Of a stretch of DNA of 64,000 nt, positions 1 to 9,012 are shown piece by piece. The DNA is from Candidatus Eiseniibacteriota bacterium. GTDB taxonomy: Bacteria; Eisenbacteria; RBG-16-71-46. The stretch lies in contig OY970342.1 of NCBI GenBank assembly GCA_963717505.1, positions 3,520,001 to 3,584,000 on the forward strand, read 5' to 3'. Numbering within the stretch: position 1 is the stretch's first letter; every line of letters begins with the position of its first letter. The notes under the pieces were generated by a model. That model made no database searches. It was not told the origin of the DNA and saw only the letters and a program-made list of their open reading frames with translations. The translations under genes and the position numbers were made by a program.

Positions 1-3000
1 GGTTCTTTTGCCATCGTTCTCAACACGGCCATCGTGGGCAACGAGGGTTTTCTTCCAGCGGTCTCCTATCCGACCGGCATGACTCCCTACGCCATCGCGC
101 TGGGCGACCTCGATCGCGACGGCGATCCCGATGCGATCGTGTCGTGCGCCGTGGCGCGTGCCATCACGGTTTCCATGAATCAGGGGAACGGCACCTTCGC
201 CAGTCGCGTCGACTACCCCGCGGGCCTCGCGGTTCACGCGGCCGTCGGGGACTTCGACGGCGACTCGTGGCCCGACGTCGCCGTGGCCGACTGGGACGGA
301 ACCGTACGCGTCATGCGGTTCGTGAACGGAAGCCTGGTGTCTTCGGCGACCGTTTCCCTATCCGGCAACCCTCGAGCCGTCGTCGCCGTGGACCTGGACG
401 GCGACGGCGATCTGGATCTCGCGGTGGCGCGTCACGGCATCCAGGATGTCGCGCTGCTGTCCAACAGTGGGGGGGCGTTCACCCACACGGGGACGATTCC
501 GGTGCCGCAACCCAAGTCGGTGACGGCGGCCGATCTCGACTCGGACGGCGTCCCCGAGGTCATCTCGGGCAGCCCGCAGGGCAGCGTCTCGATCCTGAAG
601 CGGAATACGGCGGGGTCCTACGTCGCCACGACGCTCACCATGGGAAGCCTGGTCTCGATGGTCGTCGCGGCGGATCTGGACGGCGACGGCCATCTCGATC
701 TAGCGACGGCGAACGAGTCCTCGACCGCCTCCGTTCGAATGAACCTCGGCAACGGCACGTTCGCCCCGCGCACGAACTACACGATTGGTCCCCTGGCACA
801 GAGTCTGGGGGTCGGCGACGTGGACGTGGACGGCGATCCCGACCTGATCGTCGCCAGCTACACCGCTCAGAGCGTTCGTGTGCTGTACAACTTTGGCGGC
901 GTGTTCCCGGCGAACCTGGACTTCGCAACCGATGGTCGTCCCCGCGGCCTGGTGGTCGGTGACGTCAACGGGGACGGGGCGCCCGATCTGGCGGCCGCCA
1001 ACGAGACCGCACTGGGATCCTTCGCCATCCTGATCAACAAGGAGTACGGCGGAGTCACGCTGACTCCGGCGGCCGGGGCCCCGGGGATGGTGGTTCGAAT
1101 CCGCGCATTGGGGCTCAATGGGACCTCCGAAGTGTGGTTCGGAGAGACGCCGGCGATGTTCCAGGTCGTGGCCGACACCCTGGTTGAAGCCGAAGTCCCC
1201 GAGGGCGCTCGCACCGGCCCCGTCCGTGTGCATACGCCTCTTCGGGTGATCCACGGTCCCGTGTTCATTGTCAGTCCCATGATCCTGTCGTTCGTTCCCA
1301 CAGTGGCGCCGGCGGGCGGGGCGGTGACGCTGAGTGGCTACAACTTCGCCACCGTGGATACGGTTCGGTTCAACGGCGCGCTGGCTCTGTTCACAATCGT
1401 CTCGGATGAAGAAATCCAGACCGAGGTCCCGCTCGACGCCACCGACGGACCCATAACGGCCTGGAACCCGGGGGGGACGGGCACATCAGCGGGTCCGTTC
1501 GACGTTGCTCCCTTCCCGGCACCGCAGATCATTCACTACACGCCTTCGGCGATGCCAGGCGACACCGTCACGATCCTCGGCCACAACTTAGGAAGAACGA
1601 TGCAGGTCTCCTTCAATGGTGCGGTCGCACTCTTCACCGTCATTTCCGATGAGCAGATCGAGGCGACCGTGCCCCCCGCCGCCACGAGCGGTCCGCTGTT
1701 CGTGACCAATCCGGGCGGAACCGTCAGCGCGGGCTTGTTCATTGTCGGCCCACGCGTTCTCGGCATCAATCTGTCGTGGAACGACTGTGGGGTCGCAGGC
1801 GATTCCGTGAAGACGTTCGCCTGCGACACCAACACCGGCGTGGACCATCTGGTCGCCACGTTCGTGCCGCCGAGGGGCATCAATCGTTTCGTCGGCCTGT
1901 CCGCAGATCTCAGGATAGCGGCGACCTCGCTTCCGGACTGGTGGAAACACGGTGCGGGTCAATGCCGCCCGGGGGGGAGCCTGGTCCCGGAGTTCGACGT
2001 CCCTGGCGAAGCCTGTGCCACGGCGTGGCCGGGCACCCAGGCCGGAGGGTTCTCCTACGAGCTCGGAAGCTATGGAGCGAACACGGCTCGACTCCGGCTT
2101 CAGGCGGCGGTGCCGAGCGAAGAAGCGTTCGCGCTGGTGGACGGACTCGAGTACTACGCCTTTCGCGTCCGGGTCGCGCGCGCCAAGACCACGGGCGCGG
2201 GCAGCTGTGCCGGGTGTCTCGTGCCCGTCCAGGTCCGACTCGAGAACATTCAGCTCTTTCAGCCGGCCGACGCCAATCGCGACCCGCTCCTCGACGCGCC
2301 GATCCATGGCGCGACCGCCTATTGGCAGGGGATCACTGGGGCGCAGCCCCAAATCGCGAGCATCACGCCCGCGGCGGGGCCACCCGGCGCCGGAGTCACC
2401 ATTCTCGGAGCCGGACTCTCGGCCGCCTCGGCCGTGCGTTTCGGGAACACCGAAGCCGTGTTCGCCCAGGTCTCGGACTCGCAGCTCAGCGCCACGATTC
2501 CAGGCGGCGCGCGCACCGCGCCGGTTCGGGTCACGACCCCGTTCGGAAGCGCCGTCGGCGGCGGTGACTTCATCGTTTCCCCCGAGATCGACTTCTTCCT
2601 GCCCGAGCAGGGTCCCGAGGGATCCGAAGTCACGATCTTCGGCCACAACTTCGGCACGGCGACCGCCATCGCATTCCACGGCGTGCCGGCGGCGTATGTC
2701 ATTCAGACAGACACCTCGATCGTCGCCACGGTTCCCGCGGGAGCCACCGAGGGTCCGATCACCGTGACCAATCCGGGCGGGGCGACCGCTTCGTTCGAGT
2801 CCTTCCGCCTCGGACCCTCGGCGGGGGTCTTCAACCTCTCCTGGGATGAGTGCGGGCTCGCAGGGGGCGAGATCAAGACCTTCGCGTGCAACACGAACTC
2901 TGGTTCGCCGTTCACGCTGGTCGCCTCGTTTGCCCCGCCGGCCAACGTGACGGAGGTCACAGGTCTCTCGGCCGACATTCGCGTGTCGTCCCCGGTGTAT

Positions 3001-3984
3001 CCGGACTGGTGGAAGTTCGGGCTGGGGGCATGTCGCCCCGGAAGCCAGCTGTTCGCCAGTGCTGGTTTCGCCACGAACGGCGCCTGCAGCGACCTCTTGC
3101 ACTCGAACGGGGCTAGCGGCAGCTCCGTGGGGTACACGGCCAGCTACTACGGTCCGGGAACCGCGCGACTGTCCATCCTCATGTCGTTCCCGGCGCCCTC
3201 CGCCACCCTGGATCCGACGCGCGAGTACTACGGGTTCAAGCTCAACATCGGGCGCCAGCGCACGGTGTCCGACGGCGCCTGTGCCCATTGCGATCGCCCG
3301 GTCGCGTTGGCGCTCGAGCAGATTCGGATCCATCGCGCGGGCGGAGCGGAAGACGTCGCGATCACATCGACGTTCCGCCGTTCCGCGGCACTCTGGCAGG
3401 GGACTCCGCAACCGCCGCCCGATCTGAGTTCGTTCTCGCCGCCCGGCGGGGACGTCGGCGCGCAGGTGGACCTGCATGGCGTTCGTTTCGCGGGCGTCAC
3501 GTCGGTGCGATTCGGCGCGGTCGAAGCCGAGTTCACGATCAACTCGAACGCCCTGATCACGGCCCTGGTGCCCGAAGGCACGGCATCCGCGCCGATCGAG
3601 ATCACCAGTGTGTACGGTTCGGACGTTAGCCAGGGACCGTTCATCTTCGCTCCCGACATTCGAGACGTGGCGGCTGACCCCAGCTCCGATGAGACCCGAG
3701 CTCGCAACGAGATCCCCGAGGTTTTGGCGCTCGATCGCGTGGCCTGGGACGCCGGCGCCAGCGCCCTCGCGGTCACCGTGGCCCTGCCGCGCACGGGCCC
3801 GGCGTCGTTCGAAATGTTCGATGTCAGCGGCCGGCGTCTGGCTGGCCAGCGCCTCGATGGTCTCGGAGCGGGCACACACGAGCTGAGCCTCCGGCCGAGC
3901 GTGCCCTTGCGGCCGGGTGTTCATTTCGTGAGGTTGACGCTGAACCGGGAGACGGTCTCTCGGCGGTTCGTGGTCGTGCAGTAG
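1..3984 (+). CDS. Large secreted protein, 5'-partial: FG-GAP/VCBS repeats, about 7 IPT/TIG Ig-like domains, two copies of an uncharacterised Cys-rich domain, and a T9SS-CTD/FlgD-like C-terminus
   Basis: Frame is open from base 1. Repeated DLDGDGxxDL motifs; repeated 'P..G..VTI.G.NF....V.F.G..A.F' IPT units; C-terminus 'FDVSGRRLA...PGVHFVRL...RRFVVVQ'. Confidence 0.85.
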   Translation, partial: GSFAIVLNTAIVGNEGFLPAVSYPTGMTPYAIALGDLDRDGDPDAIVSCAVARAITVSMNQGNGTFASRVDYPAGLAVHAAVGDFDGDSWPDVAVADWDGTVRVMRFVNGSLVSSATVSLSGNPRAVVAVDLDGDGDLDLAVARHGIQDVALLSNSGGAFTHTGTIPVPQPKSVTAADLDSDGVPEVISGSPQGSVSILKRNTAGSYVATTLTMGSLVSMVVAADLDGDGHLDLATANESSTASVRMNLGNGTFAPRTNYTIGPLAQSLGVGDVDVDGDPDLIVASYTAQSVRVLYNFGGVFPANLDFATDGRPRGLVVGDVNGDGAPDLAAANETALGSFAILINKEYGGVTLTPAAGAPGMVVRIRALGLNGTSEVWFGETPAMFQVVADTLVEAEVPEGARTGPVRVHTPLRVIHGPVFIVSPMILSFVPTVAPAGGAVTLSGYNFATVDTVRFNGALALFTIVSDEEIQTEVPLDATDGPITAWNPGGTGTSAGPFDVAPFPAPQIIHYTPSAMPGDTVTILGHNLGRTMQVSFNGAVALFTVISDEQIEATVPPAATSGPLFVTNPGGTVSAGLFIVGPRVLGINLSWNDCGVAGDSVKTFACDTNTGVDHLVATFVPPRGINRFVGLSADLRIAATSLPDWWKHGAGQCRPGGSLVPEFDVPGEACATAWPGTQAGGFSYELGSYGANTARLRLQAAVPSEEAFALVDGLEYYAFRVRVARAKTTGAGSCAGCLVPVQVRLENIQLFQPADANRDPLLDAPIHGATAYWQGITGAQPQIASITPAAGPPGAGVTILGAGLSAASAVRFGNTEAVFAQVSDSQLSATIPGGARTAPVRVTTPFGSAVGGGDFIVSPEIDFFLPEQGPEGSEVTIFGHNFGTATAIAFHGVPAAYVIQTDTSIVATVPAGATEGPITVTNPGGATASFESFRLGPSAGVFNLSWDECGLAGGEIKTFACNTNSGSPFTLVASFAPPANVTEVTGLSADIRVSSPVYPDWWKFGLGACRPGSQLFASAGFATNGACSDLLHSNGASGSSVGYTASYYGPGTARLSILMSFPAPSATLDPTREYYGFKLNIGRQRTVSDGACAHCDRPVALALEQIRIHRAGGAEDVAITSTFRRSAALWQGTPQPPPDLSSFSPPGGDVGAQVDLHGVRFAGVTSVRFGAVEAEFTINSNALITALVPEGTASAPIEITSVYGSDVSQGPFIFAPDIRDVAADPSSDETRARNEIPEVLALDRVAWDAGASALAVTVALPRTGPASFEMFDVSGRRLAGQRLDGLGAGTHELSLRPSVPLRPGVHFVRLTLNRETVSRRFVVVQ

Positions 3985-4000
3985 ATCGCGCGTTCGGCGG

Positions 4001-4030
4001 TTGACAGATCCCGCGCCGATCGGGCTTACT
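4001..4030 (+). promoter_or_regulatory. Probable sigma70 promoter for tRNA-Val/thrS
   Basis: Perfect TTGACA at 4001-4006, about 36 nt upstream of the tRNA; -10 is weak (CTTACT). Confidence 0.45.
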
Positions 4031-4041
4031 CGTCCGCTCAC

Positions 4042-4117
4042 GGGCGCTTAGCTCAGCTGGTAGAGCACTTGCTCGACAAGCAAGGGGTCACTGGTTCAAG
4101 TCCAGTAGCGCCCACCA
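4042..4117 (+). tRNA. tRNA-Val(GAC)
   Basis: GGGCGCT acceptor stem, D arm AGCTCAGCTGGTAGAGC, anticodon arm CTTGC-TC GAC AA-GCAAG, T loop GGTTCAAGTCC, encoded CCA; 76 nt. Confidence 0.97.
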
Positions 4118-4197
4118 TTGTGTTCGCGGGTCCCGGGGGGCGTTCGGCCCGTCCGGAGGCACTCGCGACCCCGGCCGCACCCACGAGGATCCCGAGC

Positions 4198-5979
4198 ATG
4201 TCCATGGCGACCGCGTCCGAAGACCGGCCCGAAGTCGCCGGCTACCCCGGCGGCGAGCAGCTCTACCGGCTGCGCCACTCGGCGGCCCACGTGCTCGCGA
4301 CCGCGGTCACCGAGCTGTTCCCCGACGTCAAGGTCGCCGGCGGCCCGCCGGTCGACAACGGCTTCTACTACGACTTCGCGCGCGCGACGCCGTTCACCCC
4401 CGAAGACCTCGAGCGCATCGAGGCGCGCATGCACGAGATCGTCGCCGCCGACCAGCCGTTCGAGTTCCGCGAGACCACCCGCGACGAGGCGCGCAGCGCC
4501 GGTTCGAGGCGGCGGGGGAGAAGTACAAGCTCCACTTCCTGTCGCAGATCCCGGCGGACGCCAAGGTCACGTACTACGTGAACGGCCCGTTCCTCGACCT
4601 GTGCCGCGGCCCGCATCTGACGAGCACCGGCGAGCATCGGCGCGTTCAAGCTGACCCACGTCGCCGGCGCCTACTGGCTGGGCAGCGAGCGCAACGAGAT
4701 GCTGCAGCGCATCTACGGCACCGCGTTCGCGACCCCGGCCGAGCTCGACGAGCACCTGAAGCGCGTCGAGGAGGCGCTGCAGCGCGACCATCGCCGGCTG
4801 GGCCGCGAGCTGGACCTGTTCTCGATCCACGAAGAGGTCGGCGCGGGGCTGGTCCTCTGGCACCCCAAGCTCGGCATGGTGCGCCACCTGATGGAGCAGT
4901 TCTGGAAGGAGGAGCACCTCAAGCGCGGCTACCAGCTCGTCTACACGCCGCACATCGCGAGCGAGAAGCTCTACGAGATCTCGGGGCATCTCCAGAACTA
5001 CGCCGACCTCATGTACTCGCCGATGGACATCGACGGCCAGCCGTACCGGGCCAAGCCGATGAACTGCCCGGGCCACATCATGATCTACAACACGCGCAAG
5101 CACAGCTATCGCGACCTGCCGATCCGCATGGCCGAGCTGGGCACGGTCTATCGCTACGAACGGAGCGGCGTGCTGCACGGCATGGAGCGCGTGCGCGGCT
5201 TCACCCAGGACGACTCGCACATCTTCTGCACGCCGGAGCAGCTCGCCGACGAGGTCGAGGGCATTCTCGATCTCATGGACTTCCTGCTGCGCGCCTACGG
5301 CTACGAGTACACCGCGCTACCTGGCGACCCGCCCGGCCGACAAGTACCTGGGCAGCGACGAGGAGTGGGCGTTCGCCACCAACGCGCTGCGCCAGGCGCT
5401 CGAGCGGCGCGGGCTGCCCTACGAAGTCGACGAGGGCGGCGGCGCGTTCTACGCGCCCAAGATCGACGTCAAGCTGCAAGCGACGCGATCGGACGCGAGT
5501 GGCAGTGCCCGACCATCCAGGTCGATTTGAACCTGCCCAAGCGCTTCGGCGTTCACTACATCGGCGCCGACGGCCAGGAGCACGAAGTCATCATGCTGCA
5601 CCGCGCGCTCTACGGTTCGCTCGAGCGCTTCGCCGGCATCTACATCGAGCACACGGGCGGCGAGTTCCCGGTGTGGATCGCGCCGGTCCAGGTGGTGGTG
5701 ATTCCGGCCAACCCCAAGGCACTCGACTACGCGGCCGACACGGTGCGCATGCTGCGCGAGGCCGGCGTTCGCGTCGAGGTCGACCTGCGCGACGAGAAGA
5801 TGGGCGCCAAGATCCGCGACGCCGAGCTGCAGAAGATTCCCTACATGCTGGTGGTCGGACCGCGCGAAGCCGAGGCCGGCACCGTGGCGCCGCGCCGCAA
5901 GGGCGCGGGGCAGCTCGAGCCGATGACCCGCCAGGCGTTCATCGAGCGGGTGCTCGAGGAGAGTCGGACCCGGGCGTAG
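4198..5979 (+). CDS. thrS: Threonyl-tRNA synthetase, reading frame broken by 4 apparent indels (~4497, ~4632, ~5317, ~5480); no N-terminal TGS domain
   Basis: [87 protein letters not shown] are spread across three frames in colinear order. Confidence 0.93.
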
Positions 5980-7447
5980 CGGATTCGATCCGCTCCGGCG
6001 GCGCCAGCACCCACTCGGGCCGCGTGCGATACCCGGTCACCGGCCAGAACACGTCGTCTCGGTCGAAGGCCCGAGCCACCCGCCGGTACCCGGCCTCCTC
6101 GGCCTCCTCCAGCAGCCAGTCGCGACCGTCGAGGACAAGCACGCTCCAGGCATGGGTTTGCAGCGAGTCCTTCACCGTCTGCCAAAGGACTTGCTCGAAG
6201 GCGTGGCGGCGCACGCGAACCACGTCCATCAGCGGCGCGATATGCGCGTTCACCGGGCTGCCCGCAAGGCGGGCAAGGTAGGGGTGCGACGAGACGAATA
6301 CCGAGCCCTCGGGCGTCGCGAGCCGCCGAACCAGGTCCTCGCCGGCGGAGCGGTCGGCCGCCGTCGGAATTTCCCGCAGCGGATTGCGAACCAGCAGCAG
6401 GAACTGAAGGCAAAGAACCAGTGTTGCCGCCGTGCGCCGGCGCCCGGGCTCGAGGCTCCGGAGCCAGCCCCAGCCCAGACCTCCGGCGATCGCGACACCC
6501 AGGACCGAAATCAAGAGCACGTTCTCGCCGGCGCCGGCATAGGTGCGCAGGTGCCAGCCACTGAGCAAGAATCCAGCGATCAACGCCGACGAGAATCCGA
6601 CGTCGCCCACCCTCGAGCGCATCCGCGTCCACGCACCGACAACGCCCAGAACCAGAGCCGGGAGCAGCGGCGCCATCTCGACCAGGAAGCGCCCGGCGAG
6701 CACCGGACTCAGCGCGAACTTCCTCGGCACGGTGAACGCGTAATAGCGAAACCAGCCTTGATGGGCCGCATCGAGCGCGAACCAGGCGGCACCCGAAAAC
6801 ACGATGAACGCGATCGCCGCTGCGATCCCACGACGAAAGTCCCGCCACACGACCCAAGCCAGGAGAGGTGCGAGCGCCACCGGCGTCGATTGTTTGGTGA
6901 GAAAGGCGAGGGCCCACAGGAGACCCGCCACCACCGCCGCCCCGTGGCCGGTGCCAAGCCGATAGGTGCAAGCGCCGGCGAGCAACAACGCGAGCTGCAG
7001 GCTGTCGCCCCGTCCGATGTCGAGCCAGCCCTCCGCCAGATGATGCCCGGCCGCAAGCAAGCCCGCGGCAATCCATCCGGCCGACCGGCTGCCCGTCTCG
7101 CGGGCCACCATCCATCCGGCGAGCACCAGGGTGGACGCCGCCGAGAGCACCGAGACCAGCCGCAGCGCGGCGAAGCCCGGGCCCACGGCCCAGCTCGCGG
7201 CCGCCGAAGCCCAATAGAAGAGGGGCGGGTAGTTGAGCGGGACGTACCCGAGTCCGGGCGCCACGTAGAGCGCTTCCCCGGCCCGCACCCGCAGCACCTG
7301 CTCGAGTACCGCGCCTTCGAGCCAATCGAGCTCGAAGGGGTAGGTCATGCGCGACGCGGCGACCCAGGCAACAACTCCTAGGTTCGCAAGCCCGAGCGCA
7401 AGGGCCAGGAGACCCAATGCGTCGGGCCGGGGGCGAGGTCGGGTCAA
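5939..7447 (-). CDS. Polytopic membrane protein, GT-C fold (ArnT/GT39-like) glycosyltransferase
   Basis: 502 aa with many hydrophobic segments; 'YPFELDWLEG', 'YPPL', 'GRGDSL', 'TKQS' motifs; TTG start. Confidence 0.7.
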   Translation of the reverse strand: MTRPRPRPDALGLLALALGLANLGVVAWVAASRMTYPFELDWLEGAVLEQVLRVRAGEALYVAPGLGYVPLNYPPLFYWASAAASWAVGPGFAALRLVSVLSAASTLVLAGWMVARETGSRSAGWIAAGLLAAGHHLAEGWLDIGRGDSLQLALLLAGACTYRLGTGHGAAVVAGLLWALAFLTKQSTPVALAPLLAWVVWRDFRRGIAAAIAFIVFSGAAWFALDAAHQGWFRYYAFTVPRKFALSPVLAGRFLVEMAPLLPALVLGVVGAWTRMRSRVGDVGFSSALIAGFLLSGWHLRTYAGAGENVLLISVLGVAIAGGLGWGWLRSLEPGRRRTAATLVLCLQFLLLVRNPLREIPTAADRSAGEDLVRRLATPEGSVFVSSHPYLARLAGSPVNAHIAPLMDVVRVRRHAFEQVLWQTVKDSLQTHAWSVLVLDGRDWLLEEAEEAGYRRVARAFDRDDVFWPVTGYRTRPEWVLAPPERIESATPGSDSPRAPAR

Positions 7448-7461
7448 GGCGCCGAGCCCCC

Positions 7462-7490
7462 TTGCACGGGCGCGCAGGCCCCCGTAGACT
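7462..7490 (+). promoter_or_regulatory. Sigma70 promoter of the infC operon
   Basis: TTGCAC (7462-7467), 17 nt spacer, TAGACT (7485-7490). Confidence 0.65.
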
Positions 7491-7496
7491 GCGCCA

Positions 7497-7750
7497 GCAA
7501 TCGTACGAAGCAGAAGCCCCTTCGGCTTCTCACCCCCGCGGACCGTCGCCCGAAACGGCTCGGCTTTCCGCTCAAGGGTTCATGTTCCGGCGCCGACGCC
7601 GGGTCCCATGGGGACCCCCCGGCAGCCGGATGGACGCCGGGTGGGATTCTGTTCGCGCGAGGATCCCGCCCGGCGTTTCGCATTTCAGGCGGGGCGTGCG
7701 TAGCACGCGACGCCGGGTCGATCAGGAGCCCCATACACGCGGAGGTCCAC
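7497..7750 (+). ncRNA. Structured infC 5' leader, L20-leader-like
   Basis: About 250-nt UTR beginning with the hairpin AGAAGCC-ccttc-GGCTTCT followed by CACC, resembling the Firmicute infC/L20 leader start (AGAAGCACCCGCTTCTCACC, from memory); several further GC stems. Confidence 0.5.
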
Positions 7751-8368
7751 ATTACCGTTCAGCGGGTGCCCGAAGTACGGGTCAACGAGCGCATCAGAGT
7801 CCCCCAGGTGCGCGTCATCGGAGATGACGGTACACAGGTAGGTGTGCTTGCCACGCGCGAGGCGCTCGTCCTCGCACAGTCCAAGGGTCTGGATCTCGTC
7901 GAAGTCTCGCCGACAGCACGGCCGCCGGTCTGCCGGATCATGGACTTCGGCAAGTTCAAGTACGAGCAGAATCGCCGGGCGCGCAAGGCCAAGAAGAAAC
8001 AACATCATATGCAGCTCAAGGAAATCAAGATGCGCCCGAAGATCGACGACCATGACTACGAATTCAAGGTGAACCACGCGCGTCAGTTCCTAGTGGCGCG
8101 CGACAAGGTGAAATTGACCATCATGTTTCGCGGACGCGAGCTGGCGCGCATGGACGTCGGCCGACAGCTGGTCGAAAAAGCGATCGCCGAGCTGAGCGAC
8201 GTCTCGACCGTCGAGGCGAGCCCGCGGGCCGAGGGCCGAACGCTGACCGCCGTCCTGATGCCGAAGCCCGCGAAACCGGGAGGCCGTGCGGACGCCCCGC
8301 ATGCCGCCGACGCGGCCAGCCCCGCACCGTCACCCAGCGTCCGCATGGACGCCGGTTCCAAGGAGTAG
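7751..8368 (+). CDS. infC: Translation initiation factor IF-3, ATT start
   Basis: VNERIR..VRVI, DLVEVSP, PPVCRIMDFGKFKYE, KEIKMRPKID.HD. SD GGAGGT at 7741-7746 precedes an in-frame ATT at 7751. Confidence 0.95.
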   Translation: MTVQRVPEVRVNERIRVPQVRVIGDDGTQVGVLATREALVLAQSKGLDLVEVSPTARPPVCRIMDFGKFKYEQNRRARKAKKKQHHMQLKEIKMRPKIDDHDYEFKVNHARQFLVARDKVKLTIMFRGRELARMDVGRQLVEKAIAELSDVSTVEASPRAEGRTLTAVLMPKPAKPGGRADAPHAADAASPAPSPSVRMDAGSKE

Positions 8369-8372
8369 AACG

Positions 8373-8570
8373 ATGCCGAAACAGAAGACCAACCGCGCCG
8401 CCGCAAAGCGCTTCAAGATCTCGGGCAGCGGCAAGGCGACCCGCGCCCATTCCGGCCTCCGGCATGGAATGATCGGCAAGCGCCGCACGCGCAAGCGCCG
8501 CCTGCGCGGCACGTCATTGGTGGCCGAGCCCGACCAGCCGCGCGTGTTGCGACTGCTCGGCAAGCGCTGA
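8373..8570 (+). CDS. rpmI: 50S ribosomal protein L35
   Basis: MPKQKTNRAAAKRFKISGSGK; lies between infC and rplT. Confidence 0.95.
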   Translation: MPKQKTNRAAAKRFKISGSGKATRAHSGLRHGMIGKRRTRKRRLRGTSLVAEPDQPRVLRLLGKR

Positions 8571-8649
8571 TTCGAAACCACTCGACTGAACAACGATCCT
8601 TCCGCGGCCGGGAATCCCTCGCGACCGGCGGAACCCCAGGAGAATCGTC

Positions 8650-9006
8650 ATGCCACGCGCAAAAACCGTCGTTCCGGGCCGCGCCCGCCGCAAGAAAGTT
8701 CTCAAGCGGGCGAAGGGTAACTACAGCGGTCGCCGGAAGCTCTACAAGACCGCCCTGCAGACCGTGCAGCGAGCGGGCCAGTTCGCCTACGAGCATCGCC
8801 GCACCAAGAAGCGTGACTTCCGAAGTCTGTGGATCGTCCGGATCAACGCCGCGGCGCGGATCAACGGGCTCTCGTACAGCACGCTGATCTCGGGCCTCAA
8901 GCGCGCCAACATCGAGGTGAATCGCAAGCTGCTCGCCGATCTCGCGGTGCGCGACGAAGCGGCGTTCGCGAAACTGGCGGAGGTGGCGAAGGCCGCGGTA
9001 GCCTAG
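8650..9006 (+). CDS. rplT: 50S ribosomal protein L20
   Basis: MPRAK...[37 protein letters not shown]. Confidence 0.97.
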   Translation: MPRAKTVVPGRARRKKVLKRAKGNYSGRRKLYKTALQTVQRAGQFAYEHRRTKKRDFRSLWIVRINAAARINGLSYSTLISGLKRANIEVNRKLLADLAVRDEAAFAKLAEVAKAAVA

Positions 9007-9012
9007 CGGCCC

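Noticed and set aside
1588-4041. Long antisense or alternate-frame ORFs (e.g. 817 aa here, 961 aa at 24640-27525, 699 aa at 47083-49182)
   Set aside because: Shadow ORFs expected from high GC3; Arg/Ala/Gly-rich with no motifs, and they overlap well-supported genes.
4480-5490. Programmed ribosomal frameshifting in thrS
   Set aside because: Four shifts, no slippery heptamer or stimulatory structure, and no precedent I know of; sequence error is more parsimonious.
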